Shown one piece after another: positions 10,074 through 19,437 of a DNA stretch of 64,000 nucleotides. This stretch comes from a virus. Both the position numbers and the translations under genes were made by a program. The stretch spans positions 6,102-70,101 of the IMG/VR virus record IMGVR_UViG_3300018079_000011, one strand, 5' to 3'. Every line of letters begins with the position of its first letter. Within the stretch, counting starts at the first letter, position 1. The notes beneath the pieces were generated by a model. The model had not been told where the DNA came from. It made no database searches and saw nothing but the letters and a program-made list of their open reading frames with translations.

Positions 10074-11162
10074 ATGTCTCACTTCACAGTAATGGTCCGA
10101 GTCCCGTTCGATACACAGGCCGACATCAAGGCAGCCGTGCGCGCCATGCTCATCCCATACAAGGAGTCGGGGTGCAGCGAAGATGACCCGCCGGAACTCC
10201 GAAAGCACCTGGAGTTCGAAGACATCGAGGACGAGTACGCCGAGAAGTACGCTGCCGGATCGTGCTCGATGATCCGCCTCGCCGATGGGAAGATGTTTTC
10301 GGCGTACGACAATCGCTTCAAGAAGCCATTCGACTTCAACCGCATGGGTGGCAGCGAATACGAGCACCCGCCGGGCAGCGAGAAGGTAGAGACGCCGTTG
10401 CGTGAGCGCTACGTGACCTTTGAAGAGTACATGGCAGACTACTGCGGATACACCGAGCGCGACAGCAAGGCGAAACGATACGGAAGTTGGCGCAACCCCA
10501 ACCAGAAGTGGGACTGGTACCAGATCGGTGGGCGATGGACAGGATATCTGCCGCTGAAGTCAGGGGCCGCCGGCGCCAGCGGCGAACCAGGCCTGATGAC
10601 CAAGGCAAATGCGGATCGCACGAAGGCGGATATCTGCCGGATCTCAGACGTCGACTTCGACCGCGTGGCCATTGACAGCCGGGTCGCTGCCGAAGAGTTC
10701 TGGACAGAGTGGCAGCGGTTCTGTGACGGCGCCGAGTTCCCCGCCTTCGACGGACCGCGCAACAAGGCGCTGAGCCTCGGACTGCTCTCGTGCAAGGACG
10801 CCGACGAACTGACTGGCTCCGAGTGGAAGGCGGTCAAGTGGTCGCGGCAAATCAAGCCGGGCGTCGACCGCTTCGACGTCCTCGTGGACATCGCGCGGGA
10901 AGACTTCTTCGCGAAGTACACCAATGCGTTCTGCTCGGTCAAAACGTGGGCGTACCTCGACGCCACCGGGTGGAGCGAGCCAGGAAAGATTGGATGGTGG
11001 GCATGTAGCAGCGAGTTCGATGAGAGCGCGTACATGCCGCTCTACGAGGCCGGAGGCATGGCGCTGTCGAACGCGTTCTCCGACCTGGAAGACTACCGGG
11101 CAGGACGCGTGCCAGAGCCGGCCGTGGTGCCCGGCTCTCTACCGGATGGGCCGGATTTGTGA
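10074..11162 (+). CDS. Conserved phage hypothetical protein
   Basis: MSHFTV N-terminus and NPNQKWDWYQIGGRW motif typical of a phage family. Confidence 0.65.
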   Translation: MSHFTVMVRVPFDTQADIKAAVRAMLIPYKESGCSEDDPPELRKHLEFEDIEDEYAEKYAAGSCSMIRLADGKMFSAYDNRFKKPFDFNRMGGSEYEHPPGSEKVETPLRERYVTFEEYMADYCGYTERDSKAKRYGSWRNPNQKWDWYQIGGRWTGYLPLKSGAAGASGEPGLMTKANADRTKADICRISDVDFDRVAIDSRVAAEEFWTEWQRFCDGAEFPAFDGPRNKALSLGLLSCKDADELTGSEWKAVKWSRQIKPGVDRFDVLVDIAREDFFAKYTNAFCSVKTWAYLDATGWSEPGKIGWWACSSEFDESAYMPLYEAGGMALSNAFSDLEDYRAGRVPEPAVVPGSLPDGPDL

Positions 11163-11430
11163 CGACCATGCACTGTAAGTTTTGCGCGCGCACCGACGAG
11201 CACATTCACGCACGCACGGTTGGCGGCGGGCTGGGGCGTGTGTTTCCCGAGAATGCGCCCGAGACCATCCACTGGGGTCTCTCGTCTCCAGGAAACTCCG
11301 CGCTGTGCGGTGCCGATACTGGTTCTCGGTGGGCGACGATTCGACTAATCAACTGCCAGTTCTGCATAAACATCATCGACCTGCACTTGCGTGCCAAGCC
11401 GGCGAAGCGGGCGGGGGAGAAGGCGGGCGG

Positions 11431-12072
11431 GTGATAGTCATGCCCGCCAATCAGACGAACGTGGAGTTCGGCTTTCTGGCCGGGCGCTACCCGGGCGCGC
11501 TCGGCCACCTCTACTCGCCCGGCGCCCACACCGGACCGCATCACTTCTTCCCCTACGCCCTCGATAACGGGGCCTACTCGGCATGGTCGAAGAATCTGGA
11601 CTTCGACGTGGACGCTTGGCGACGTCACCTTGACTGGGGCTCGCGACAGCGGCAGCGCCCGCTCTGGGCCGTCGTCCCCGACTTCGTTGCCAGCCATGAC
11701 CTGACGCTTGAGCGCTGGCACATGTACGTCGGCGAGGTGCGCTCGCGCGGGATGCGGCCAGCGTTCGCGGTGCAGAACGGCGCGACGTTCGATGCCGCGC
11801 CCGACGACGAGTGCATGCTGTTTATCGGCGGCACCGACGAATTCAAGGATCCTGCGATTGCCCCATGGTGCGCGCGTTTTCCCGGCCGCGTTCACGTGGG
11901 GCGTGTGAACCGCAAGAAACGCCTGTGGGCGTGCTACGAGGCCGGCGCGGTTTCTGTCGACGGTACCGGCTGGTACCACGTTAACAATGGCCAGCGCGCC
12001 GAGCTCGTTGATTTTATCCAACGCACCCATGGAAAGGATCGCCCACGTGCTGACTATCTCGCGGCGGTATGA
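11431..12072 (+). CDS. TGT/DpdA-like transglycosylase (7-deazaguanine DNA modification)
   Basis: YALDNGAY, VVPD, AVQNG, LFIGG, HVGRVN, SVDGTGW match the order of TGT-fold motifs; overlaps queD. Confidence 0.6.
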   Translation: MIVMPANQTNVEFGFLAGRYPGALGHLYSPGAHTGPHHFFPYALDNGAYSAWSKNLDFDVDAWRRHLDWGSRQRQRPLWAVVPDFVASHDLTLERWHMYVGEVRSRGMRPAFAVQNGATFDAAPDDECMLFIGGTDEFKDPAIAPWCARFPGRVHVGRVNRKKRLWACYEAGAVSVDGTGWYHVNNGQRAELVDFIQRTHGKDRPRADYLAAV

Positions 12073-12493
12073 TCTCGAAGTCGCGCACCACCTGACGGCC
12101 GGAGTGCCCGATGGGCACAAGTGCCGGCGCCTGCACGGCCATCGGTACGAGTTGACCATCTGGGTCGGCGGCCCGTTCGGACATCACGGGATGCTGGTCG
12201 AGTATGCCGACCTCGATCGCGTCGTCATGCCGGTGCTCAAGTTGCTTGACCACCACGACGCGAACTCTCTGAGCGAGCGCTGCTCGACGTCAGAAGCAGA
12301 GTGGGTGTCGGCGAATCCGACCGTCGAATACTTGGCGCTCTGGCTGGCGGCGCGACTCGTCGGCATCGTCGCGTCGGCGGTCCCTGATCGGAAATTGCGA
12401 CTGGAGCGGCTGCGACTTCAGGAAGACGCGCAGTCGGCTGCGGAGTGGAGTCTCGCCACCGCCGAGCCGCAGAAGGGAGGGGACCGTGGGTAG
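12029..12493 (+). CDS. queD: 6-carboxytetrahydropterin synthase
   Basis: AHHL...CRRLHGHRY (CxxxHGH), GMLVEY, LDH, NPTVE. Confidence 0.9.
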   Translation: MERIAHVLTISRRYDLEVAHHLTAGVPDGHKCRRLHGHRYELTIWVGGPFGHHGMLVEYADLDRVVMPVLKLLDHHDANSLSERCSTSEAEWVSANPTVEYLALWLAARLVGIVASAVPDRKLRLERLRLQEDAQSAAEWSLATAEPQKGGDRG

Positions 12494-12995
12494 CTTCGAC
12501 AAACTCAGGTCGTTCGCCGAGTCACGAGAATCAAGCGCGGCGGTGATTCGCGGCGGATTGACATACGGCGATGCGCGCGAACTGCTCGCGATGTTCCAGG
12601 ACCCATCCCTCGCCGCCGACATCGCCTCGCTCAAGGACGAGAACTTCCGCGCCGCCATGGACAAGGGCAAGGAGATGGCGGGAGAGGTGTTCAGGTTGCG
12701 GGATGAGTTGAGGGACGAGCGGGCCAGGATAATCTGGCTCATAGACGAGGCGGCGGCCGAGCTGGAAGAGACCCGCAAGGAGCGCGACGAGGCGCTGGCC
12801 AGCGAGCGCGAGGCCATCCGCGCCATGGCCGAGAACGGCAAGGAGTTGCTGGCCGCGCGGGCCGACATGGAGCGCCTGCGGGCCGCTCTCGGGCGATGGG
12901 CGACCATCCCTCTTAGCGACCATCAGGCAGGCTGTGGCTGCCGAGGCTGCGAGACCGACGCTCTTCTGAGCCCCGTCGGTAAGGGAAGTAAATGA
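12486..12995 (+). CDS. Coiled-coil hypothetical protein
   Basis: Coupled ORF with E/R/A heptads. Confidence 0.5.
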   Translation: MGSFDKLRSFAESRESSAAVIRGGLTYGDARELLAMFQDPSLAADIASLKDENFRAAMDKGKEMAGEVFRLRDELRDERARIIWLIDEAAAELEETRKERDEALASEREAIRAMAENGKELLAARADMERLRAALGRWATIPLSDHQAGCGCRGCETDALLSPVGKGSK

Positions 12996-13504
12996 GAGGC
13001 GTTCTCTTTCTCGACTTCGACGGCGTCCTCAACAATCGCTTGGACCGGATGATTGAACCGTCTGGCTGGAACTATCTCGACCAGAAGCGCGTTGAGCGGG
13101 TAAACTGCATCGCCGAGCGGACCGGCTGCGCGATCGTGGTCAGTTCGAGTTGGCGCAAAGAGAACGAACAGACGCCGCGCACTCACGTCGCCGATCTGCT
13201 CGACAAGGCCGGCGCCACCTTCCCGGTGCTCGACGTGACGCCGTTTCGTGCCGACCACGACCATCGGTGCCGCGGGCAAGGCCACGCCGACGAGTGTGGC
13301 CGTGGCCATGAGATCCAAGCGTGGCTGGATGACCATGGATGGACCGGGCCGACGGCCATCGTCGACGACGGCGCAGACATGGGCCACCTGCTGCCGTACC
13401 TCGTGCAGACCAGCGACGAGACGGGGCTACTGGACGAGCACGTTGAGAGGATTTGCGCGCTGCTGACCACGCCGCCAATGAGAGAGGAGAAGGATCGTGG
13501 CTGA
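12992..13504 (+). CDS. HAD-family phosphatase (Swiss-army-knife RNA repair-like)
   Basis: LFLDFDGVLN, IVVSSSWR, RGHEIQAWL, AIVDD. Confidence 0.85.
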   Translation: MRGVLFLDFDGVLNNRLDRMIEPSGWNYLDQKRVERVNCIAERTGCAIVVSSSWRKENEQTPRTHVADLLDKAGATFPVLDVTPFRADHDHRCRGQGHADECGRGHEIQAWLDDHGWTGPTAIVDDGADMGHLLPYLVQTSDETGLLDEHVERICALLTTPPMREEKDRG

Positions 13505-13919
13505 CAACTCTCCCGAAGCGTGCCCGTGGTGCGGGTCGCCCATCACGTACTGGTCGCAGGACCCGGAGCGCCACGCGGACCCGCGGATTTGTCTCGGCTG
13601 CCAAAACGACGACTGCGGTGTGAGGCCGCAAACACCGCTGTTCGACACGATGGAGGAATGCGACGAGGCGTGGAGAACCATCCGGCCGCTGAGACGCGAG
13701 GACGTCCAGACGTGGAAGGCGGCGGCCACCATCGACGAACGCGCTCGCATCGTTGCTGGCATTAGGACGCGGGCGAAGGGCATCGACATCGGCGTGTCCG
13801 GCGCTGAGGCGGCTGCGTGGCGAGCCCTCATCGAGGCCTCCGACATGATCGAGGCGAGCATGGGGCCGTTCGCTGACGAGGCCCCGCCGGTGAGCCCGGC
13901 GGGCGAAGAGGAGCGGTGA
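13497..13919 (+). CDS. Zn-finger protein, Lar-like
   Basis: CPWCGS...CQNDDC...EAW. Confidence 0.4.
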   Translation: MADNSPEACPWCGSPITYWSQDPERHADPRICLGCQNDDCGVRPQTPLFDTMEECDEAWRTIRPLRREDVQTWKAAATIDERARIVAGIRTRAKGIDIGVSGAEAAAWRALIEASDMIEASMGPFADEAPPVSPAGEEER

Positions 13920-14145
13920 TGGACGGCGAAGTCAACGTCAGATGGTACGCCGTCTATCTCTGCGACCTGTGCGTCGCTGGCGCTGGCGGCGAATGCCACG
14001 CGCCCGGCTGCGCACTGTGGATCAAGAGCGCTCCCGACATCGGCCTGTGGTCGTGGCAATGCCGCCCGCTCGACGAGAGCGCGGTGCCCGACCCGAAGCC
14101 GCTGCCGCACGAAGCGAGCCCGGACGCCGAGGGGGAGGGGGCGCG

Positions 14146-14556
14146 ATGACCTTCGACGACTGCCGGCCGGAGGTGAAGGCGTTCGCCATGGTCATGGAAA
14201 AGAAGCTGCTCGAGAACGACCACAAGAGCGGCTGGAAGAGAATGAGTCTGACCGCATTGATTGGGAGACTGCTTGAGGAGTCGGCGGAACTCTGCGACGA
14301 GATGAATGAGCCGCGGCTCCCGAACCACTTTCTGTTCGCTCAGCACCATGTCCGCTTGGCCGCGCGGATGCTGACCGACGGCTATCATGAGCGGGAACTG
14401 CCTAGGAGGGTATCCATGCTGGCTGGCGAGGCCGCAGACGTAGCCAACTTCGCGATGATGGTCGCAGATGTCTGTGGCGGTCTCTCGCCGGGAGAACGCA
14501 GGATGATCAGCGGCTGCCATCCCGGCAGCGGCGACGCCGCGAAGGAGGAGCCGTGA
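14146..14556 (+). CDS. MazG-like all-alpha NTP pyrophosphohydrolase
   Basis: RLLEESAEL...EAADVANFAMM. Confidence 0.55.
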   Translation: MTFDDCRPEVKAFAMVMEKKLLENDHKSGWKRMSLTALIGRLLEESAELCDEMNEPRLPNHFLFAQHHVRLAARMLTDGYHERELPRRVSMLAGEAADVANFAMMVADVCGGLSPGERRMISGCHPGSGDAAKEEP

Positions 14557-15066
14557 CCTTCTTCGCTGGCGACCAGTTCGACGGGTTCGTCTCGTTCAGT
14601 CGTGAGGCCAACGTCGATGGCAAGTGGGTTGCCCGTACCGCGCTGGTGCGGGCGATGCTGGCTGCTCATCCCGGACGGTAGAAGGGGATACCGCTACGGC
14701 GCGTGGTCACGCTCGGCGCGCCCGCCGGAACTGTGCTTGCGATGTCACGTGGCGGTCAGTCGGGGCGACGCCGGGAAGGATGATGGCGGTGAAGGCTGAC
14801 CGCGAGAACGTAGAGCTCGGCTGGCTGGAATGGAAGCGACGACTCCGGGAGGAGCGTCAGTATCGCCGCCGCATCGAGGCCGAGCAGGCCAAGTTCCGCG
14901 AGGTCGAGATCGCTGCCCGCGAATTCATCCTCGCGCTCGACCGCGACCTGGAGCGCGGCCCCGCGTTCCTCAGTTACGTTCACCCGGATTGGGCGTCGAT
15001 CGGGCGCCTACGCGCGGCTCTCGGTATCCCGCCGAGGAAGCAGCGACGGGCGAAGAAGAGCAGCCC

Positions 15067-15672
15067 ATGAAGCCGATCCTTGCCGACCTCGGACTTGTCA
15101 CGCGCGGCGATGAGCGCGCATGGGCCGTCACCAGCCCGGACGATCGGTACCGCTACGTGCTTGGCAGAACGTGGGACGGATACTTCGATGACGGTCGTGA
15201 CTGGTGGGAACGCGACACGCCTCGTCCGCTGTGGGTATTCGGCATGCTGAACCCATCCGACGCGCGACACGACGTCGATGATCCAACGATCCGCAAATGC
15301 ACCGGCCTCGCCAAGCGCGGCGGCGCCGGTGGCTACCTCGTGGTCAACATGCTGGCCTACTCAACGCCCGATCCGGCGGAGATGGTGCGCGCGTTTCGCT
15401 CCGGGGTGGATGTGCGCGGCGAGCACAACTATGCCGTGCTCGCATGGGCGCTTGGCGGGCCCACGATGCTGGGCCTGAACATCGCGGCGTGGGGCCGCAT
15501 TCCGCCGAAGCTTCGCTCGCTGGCCAGAGCTAGCACGGCACAGTTCCTGTGGTCACGGCCGCACTGCTACGGGCTGACGGCGGGAGGTGAGCCGCGCCGT
15601 CCGCTGATGCTCGCATACAACACTCCTCTGGTCCTGCTGAAGGACGCGAGACGCGCGCACGCGGTGCCGTGA
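15067..15672 (+). CDS. DUF1643 family protein
   Basis: YRYVLGRTW, MLNPSDA, DDPTIRKC, AAWG, PRRPL. Confidence 0.85.
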   Translation: MKPILADLGLVTRGDERAWAVTSPDDRYRYVLGRTWDGYFDDGRDWWERDTPRPLWVFGMLNPSDARHDVDDPTIRKCTGLAKRGGAGGYLVVNMLAYSTPDPAEMVRAFRSGVDVRGEHNYAVLAWALGGPTMLGLNIAAWGRIPPKLRSLARASTAQFLWSRPHCYGLTAGGEPRRPLMLAYNTPLVLLKDARRAHAVP

Positions 15673-15938
15673 CCACGCAACTCCCGCCCATGCCGGCCGA
15701 TACTTCGCCCATGTTGCCGAGTCCAAAGGACAGCGCGTTCGACTTGTTGGCCGCAGCCGCGTGGTTCTTGGCGGCCGGGCGCGACGAGAAGGCGAGCGAA
15801 CTCGTCGAACTCGCGGCCGAGTTGCTCAGCGCGCCGCCGTCATCTGCCTGATCGTTACTGTCTATTCGGTCGCACTGCGCGACAGCGGAACCTGCAAGCC
15901 TTCCGGTCCCTCGTCGGTTCCGGCTCACAGGCTTGGGA

Positions 15939-16214
15939 CTACGGGATAAAGTAGAAGTTGCCTCCGGCCACCTCAGAACTCGTGTTCCGGTAGGTCACCG
16001 AGCTTGCGTGTTCCGTTTGCTGGCCGTACGGATCCTTGCGGTCCTCGTCGCAGACGACTGCCACGAGGTTGATGCAGGGATACTGGCCGTGCTTCGCCTT
16101 GAACCCCTCGAAGTCGATCTCGCCGCCCACTCCGTGAACGAACGTCACCAGGGCGTCTCGCGTCCTGCGCTTGGTGTCCACGAATTTGACTGTCTGACCT
16201 ACCTTGAGTTCCAT
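15939..16214 (-). CDS. Hypothetical protein
   Basis: Good codon usage; last gene of the minus-strand block. Confidence 0.55.
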   Translation of the reverse strand: MELKVGQTVKFVDTKRRTRDALVTFVHGVGGEIDFEGFKAKHGQYPCINLVAVVCDEDRKDPYGQQTEHASSVTYRNTSSEVAGGNFYFIP

Positions 16215-16263
16215 CGCTGTTCTCGCTTTCCGCGGCTCCGTCGCCGCGCAGAGCGACCGAAAT

Positions 16264-16470
16264 CTACCTGCTCTCCTGCTTCCGCGCCGCCGCCGGCCTG
16301 AACACCGTCGGATCCGGCTGCGCGCAGAACAACTCAGACAGGCGTGGCATGCGCGGATTGACGGCGACGCGGTGGTGGTCCTGGGCGCGAGCCCAGGTGC
16401 AGTTCATCCACGACGGCGTCTCGAGCGCGGCGCAGCCGGAGAGGAGGGCGAGCAGCATGGCCAGCCTCAT
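16264..16470 (-). CDS. Small lipoprotein (o-spanin-like candidate)
   Basis: MRLAMLLALLSGC lipobox; coupled to the upstream gene. Confidence 0.55.
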   Translation of the reverse strand: MRLAMLLALLSGCAALETPSWMNCTWARAQDHHRVAVNPRMPRLSELFCAQPDPTVFRPAAARKQESR

Positions 16471-17159
16471 CGGCTCATCATCTTTCCCGCCAGCGCGTCT
16501 GTCAGCATGCCTGTGCGCGAGGTGGTGCGCCCCTTGTCCGCCCTTGCCGCCCCGATTCGCTCCCGCCGGCCGTCGGCCGAGATCGTCTCGCTGTAGCCGC
16601 CGGGGCGAAGCGTGAATGGCTCGCACACGCCCATGCGGTCGTGGCCCGTGAACCCGCCGCCGTTGGCCATGCCAAAGAACGACGGCGCCAGCCAGTTCGC
16701 GACCGGCACCGTCGAGCGCTCGCCGAACACCTCGACGTCGACGTCAAACACGTCACCCTGGGTCCCGTCGCTCAGTTCTAACCACCAGCGCCGACCGTCG
16801 GGTGCCGTTGCCCAGCGGTCAAGAAGCGGGTTGCCGAGGATCTCCCAGAATTCGTGAGACGCGATCCAGTCGCCTTTCGCCGCCTCCCACACGAACAGCG
16901 GCGTGCCAGCGAGCACCGTGTGAAACCCGAGCGAATCTGGATTGCCGTCGTCGTCCACAGCACTCACGAGTAAACTCTCACGCACCGGGAGCTCGACGTC
17001 GCGGCTGTAGAACTGGACGCCGGGCTGTTCGATGTTCCACGCCCGACAGAACAGCGGCAACTCCTGACGAATGGCCTCGACAACCGCGATGATTCGGGAG
17101 TCAGGCAGCGAGGACCAATTCGTGAAAGCGCAATGATGGACGGAGCCGTCGAAACTCAT
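16467..17159 (-). CDS. Zincin-like protein with HExxE motif
   Basis: LGFH...ASHEFWEILGNP...ELSD...VANW. Confidence 0.5.
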   Translation of the reverse strand: MSFDGSVHHCAFTNWSSLPDSRIIAVVEAIRQELPLFCRAWNIEQPGVQFYSRDVELPVRESLLVSAVDDDGNPDSLGFHTVLAGTPLFVWEAAKGDWIASHEFWEILGNPLLDRWATAPDGRRWWLELSDGTQGDVFDVDVEVFGERSTVPVANWLAPSFFGMANGGGFTGHDRMGVCEPFTLRPGGYSETISADGRRERIGAARADKGRTTSRTGMLTDALAGKMMSR

Positions 17160-17551
17160 CGGTCGTCCGCATAACGGTAGTCCCGTTCGACAATCCACTC
17201 CCGCGCCCGGTTCGCGATCCTGCGCGAGACCTCGTCGTTGGGGTTCGCTTGCGAGTCAGCGGCGGCGGCCGAGCCGGTTCTGCGGGTCACGCATGCGAGG
17301 ACAGTTTCTACCCCGCACGTGGCAGGACCAATCAGCCCGATCATGCACTGCCGCCAGTCGGTGTTCTCGCTCGAACCCAGGCAACTATTCACCGGTCCGA
17401 GCGAGGACGGTCCGCATCGCCGAATCACGTCTGCCCCGCAATCGATGACGTCGCCGGTCCACGGCCCCGGCTGGCCCGGGGGAGGAACGCGGCAACTGGC
17501 CAGCAGGAGCGCGGAGCCGAGCAGGAACCAGAGGGCGCGGGCGAATCGCAT
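17156..17551 (-). CDS. Cys-rich lipoprotein
   Basis: MRFARALWFLLGSALLLASC lipobox; six further Cys. Confidence 0.65.
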   Translation of the reverse strand: MRFARALWFLLGSALLLASCRVPPPGQPGPWTGDVIDCGADVIRRCGPSSLGPVNSCLGSSENTDWRQCMIGLIGPATCGVETVLACVTRRTGSAAAADSQANPNDEVSRRIANRAREWIVERDYRYADDR

Positions 17552-17556
17552 GCCCC

Positions 17557-17594
17557 ATGATGGGGCGGGCCGCGGGCTGACCCGCACTTTCGCG
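17557..17594 (-). promoter_or_regulatory. Putative late promoter (lipoprotein operon)
   Basis: CGCGAAAGT-N23-CATCAT-5nt-ATG. Confidence 0.6.
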
Positions 17595-17915
17595 CTACTC
17601 GCCGCGCAGCACGTCCGCCAGCCGCTCCCGAATGAGCCCGTTGACGCTGGTGCCGCTGGCCTCGACGTGAGCGAGCACCCGCGTGTGCTCCTCGGGCGTG
17701 ACCGTGGCCTTGAGTTGGGGCGAGCCCCGCTTGCGTCCGGCGACGAGAGCGGGCCTCCCGGGTCCGCGAGCGGGTGCGCACGCGAGGTGGTGGCGGACGC
17801 CCGCCAGCGAAATCCGTGCGTCCCGCTGGCGGATGGGCTGCGAGCAGACGGGGCAGATGTGCAAGCGGCGCTTGCGTGGCGCGGCGGTGTCGTTGGCGGG
17901 GCGATCAGCGGCCAT
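17595..17915 (-). CDS. Zn-finger plus RHH-like DNA-binding protein
   Basis: CPVC...HLAC, GRP motif, LKATVTPEEH...SVNGLIRERL. Confidence 0.5.
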   Translation of the reverse strand: MAADRPANDTAAPRKRRLHICPVCSQPIRQRDARISLAGVRHHLACAPARGPGRPALVAGRKRGSPQLKATVTPEEHTRVLAHVEASGTSVNGLIRERLADVLRGE

Positions 17916-17932
17916 ACGAGCCCATTCCAGCG

Positions 17933-18758
17933 TCAGCCACGCGGCTGCTTCTCGCTCACCAGCAGCCGATAGTAGGCGACGGCTCCGGGCCCGATCGAGC
18001 GGTCGGTGACTCGCTTGTAGAGGTCGCCCTCGTCGTGCTCGGCCCGGCCAAATCCGCCGTACGCCACCTCGACGTGCTGCCCGGCGAGACGCGCAGGAAC
18101 ATCGAAGCGCACGTTGCCCGGCACGTCCCCCTTGCCGCATTCGACGTACTTCGCGGGGCGATCGCTCCCGTCGCTCACCGTGTGCAGGGTGGGAGCCATC
18201 AGCGCACCTCCGCGCTGAGGCCGGCGTCATCGTAGTCAACCTCGCACCCTCGCGGGGTGCGCCCCTTGCCGGCGACCACCTCCGAGAGCACGCCGGGATG
18301 CAGCCCGCACGACCGGCGGGCCGCGATCAGGTCGTCCTCAGTGTCGCACACCGCGACCAAGTCACCGCGGTCGCCGGGGGACGCGTTCGCGACTAGTAGG
18401 TATTGTCCTGGCATCGCTGTCTTGGTCATCACTAGCGCACCGCCTTGTAGATGATGCCATCCCATGCGGCCTCGTAGGCCCGCGCCTTGGCGTTGCCCGT
18501 CGCCGACGCGATCCGACCGACGATCTCAGCGAGCCGGTCCTGTTGAGCCGGGGTCAGCCGCCACGTTTTGGATCCGGCGTCGTAGGTCGCCCCGACCTGG
18601 GCAAGCTGGTCGCGCAGCGGGTACGTAGTACCAGAGGCAATGACATCCACCCGCAGTTCGGCCGACGCTGGGCTCTCCTCTACGAGAGGCAGCAGGCCCG
18701 GGGACTCGCTTCGGATGGCTTCAATCGTCGTCGTCGTCGTCGTCATCGTGACCTCCAT
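17933..18758 (-). CDS. Three coupled hypothetical ORFs (18432-18758, 18199-~18430, 17933-18199)
   Basis: Abutting starts and stops, downstream of TGGACA-N17-CAATCT. Confidence 0.5.
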
Positions 18759-18806
18759 GCCCTAGAGATTGGCAGAGTGGCGGATTGTTGTCCAGACAAT
18801 TCGCAC

Positions 18807-18989
18807 TTAGGTCGATTTTTTCGGGGGGCGGGCTCCGGTGTCTCTGCGGATCAGGTCGATCAGATAACTGCGAAAATCCAGCCCAAGCGCCGCGGCCCTC
18901 TTTGCCGCCGCTCGTTTCAGCCACATCGGCACCCGTTTCGCCTGGATCGTCGTCTCCGTCTCGCCCGTGACTTTGATCGGTTGCGGCAC
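18807..18989 (-). CDS. RHH-type small regulator
   Basis: TTIQAKRVPMWLKRAAAKRAA...FRSYLIDLIRRD. Confidence 0.55.
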   Translation of the reverse strand: MPQPIKVTGETETTIQAKRVPMWLKRAAAKRAAALGLDFRSYLIDLIRRDTGARPPKKST

Positions 18990-19060
18990 GGCGCGACACT
19001 AGCATGCTTCAAGGGTTCTGCCCTATTGACCCATGGGCATGCTTGAAGCAGCCTTTCGCT
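18990..19060. promoter_or_regulatory. Second divergent promoter/operator region
   Basis: GCATGCTT(C/G)AAG at 19002 and 19037; inverted pair TGCTTCAAG / CTTGAAGCA; TTGACC-N17-CAGCCT. Confidence 0.55.
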
Positions 19061-19110
19061 TGGTCATGGTTAGTAAGCAACGCGACGATTCAGAGAGTCG
19101 ATAACCCGCC

Positions 19111-19353
19111 ATGCTCGACGAAGAGATCGAGGACCTGGTCGAGGCTGAGCGTCGCGAACGTCACACGGCGCTGCTGGCGCTCGACGCTGACCTTGAAGAG
19201 CGGCGGCGTGCCCACGATGCGATCGCCGCCCGCGTGGGCGCGCTGGAGGCTGCGCTTGCCGATCGCACGCAACGCCTAGAACGCGTTGAAGAGCGGCTCG
19301 ACAAGATGTCGACGGCGCTCTTGGCGCTACAGCGTAAACGCCCGAAACAATGA
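19111..19353 (+). CDS. Coiled-coil protein
   Basis: Heptad pattern; upstream of the integrase. Confidence 0.5.
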   Translation: MLDEEIEDLVEAERRERHTALLALDADLEERRRAHDAIAARVGALEAALADRTQRLERVEERLDKMSTALLALQRKRPKQ

Positions 19354-19437
19354 GATTGGCAATCGTTTTTACGCGTTCAGTAACGCGCTCAGTATGTACG
19401 AGCGTGGCATGGGGCTGTATGGTGCGTCGTCCCCCTG

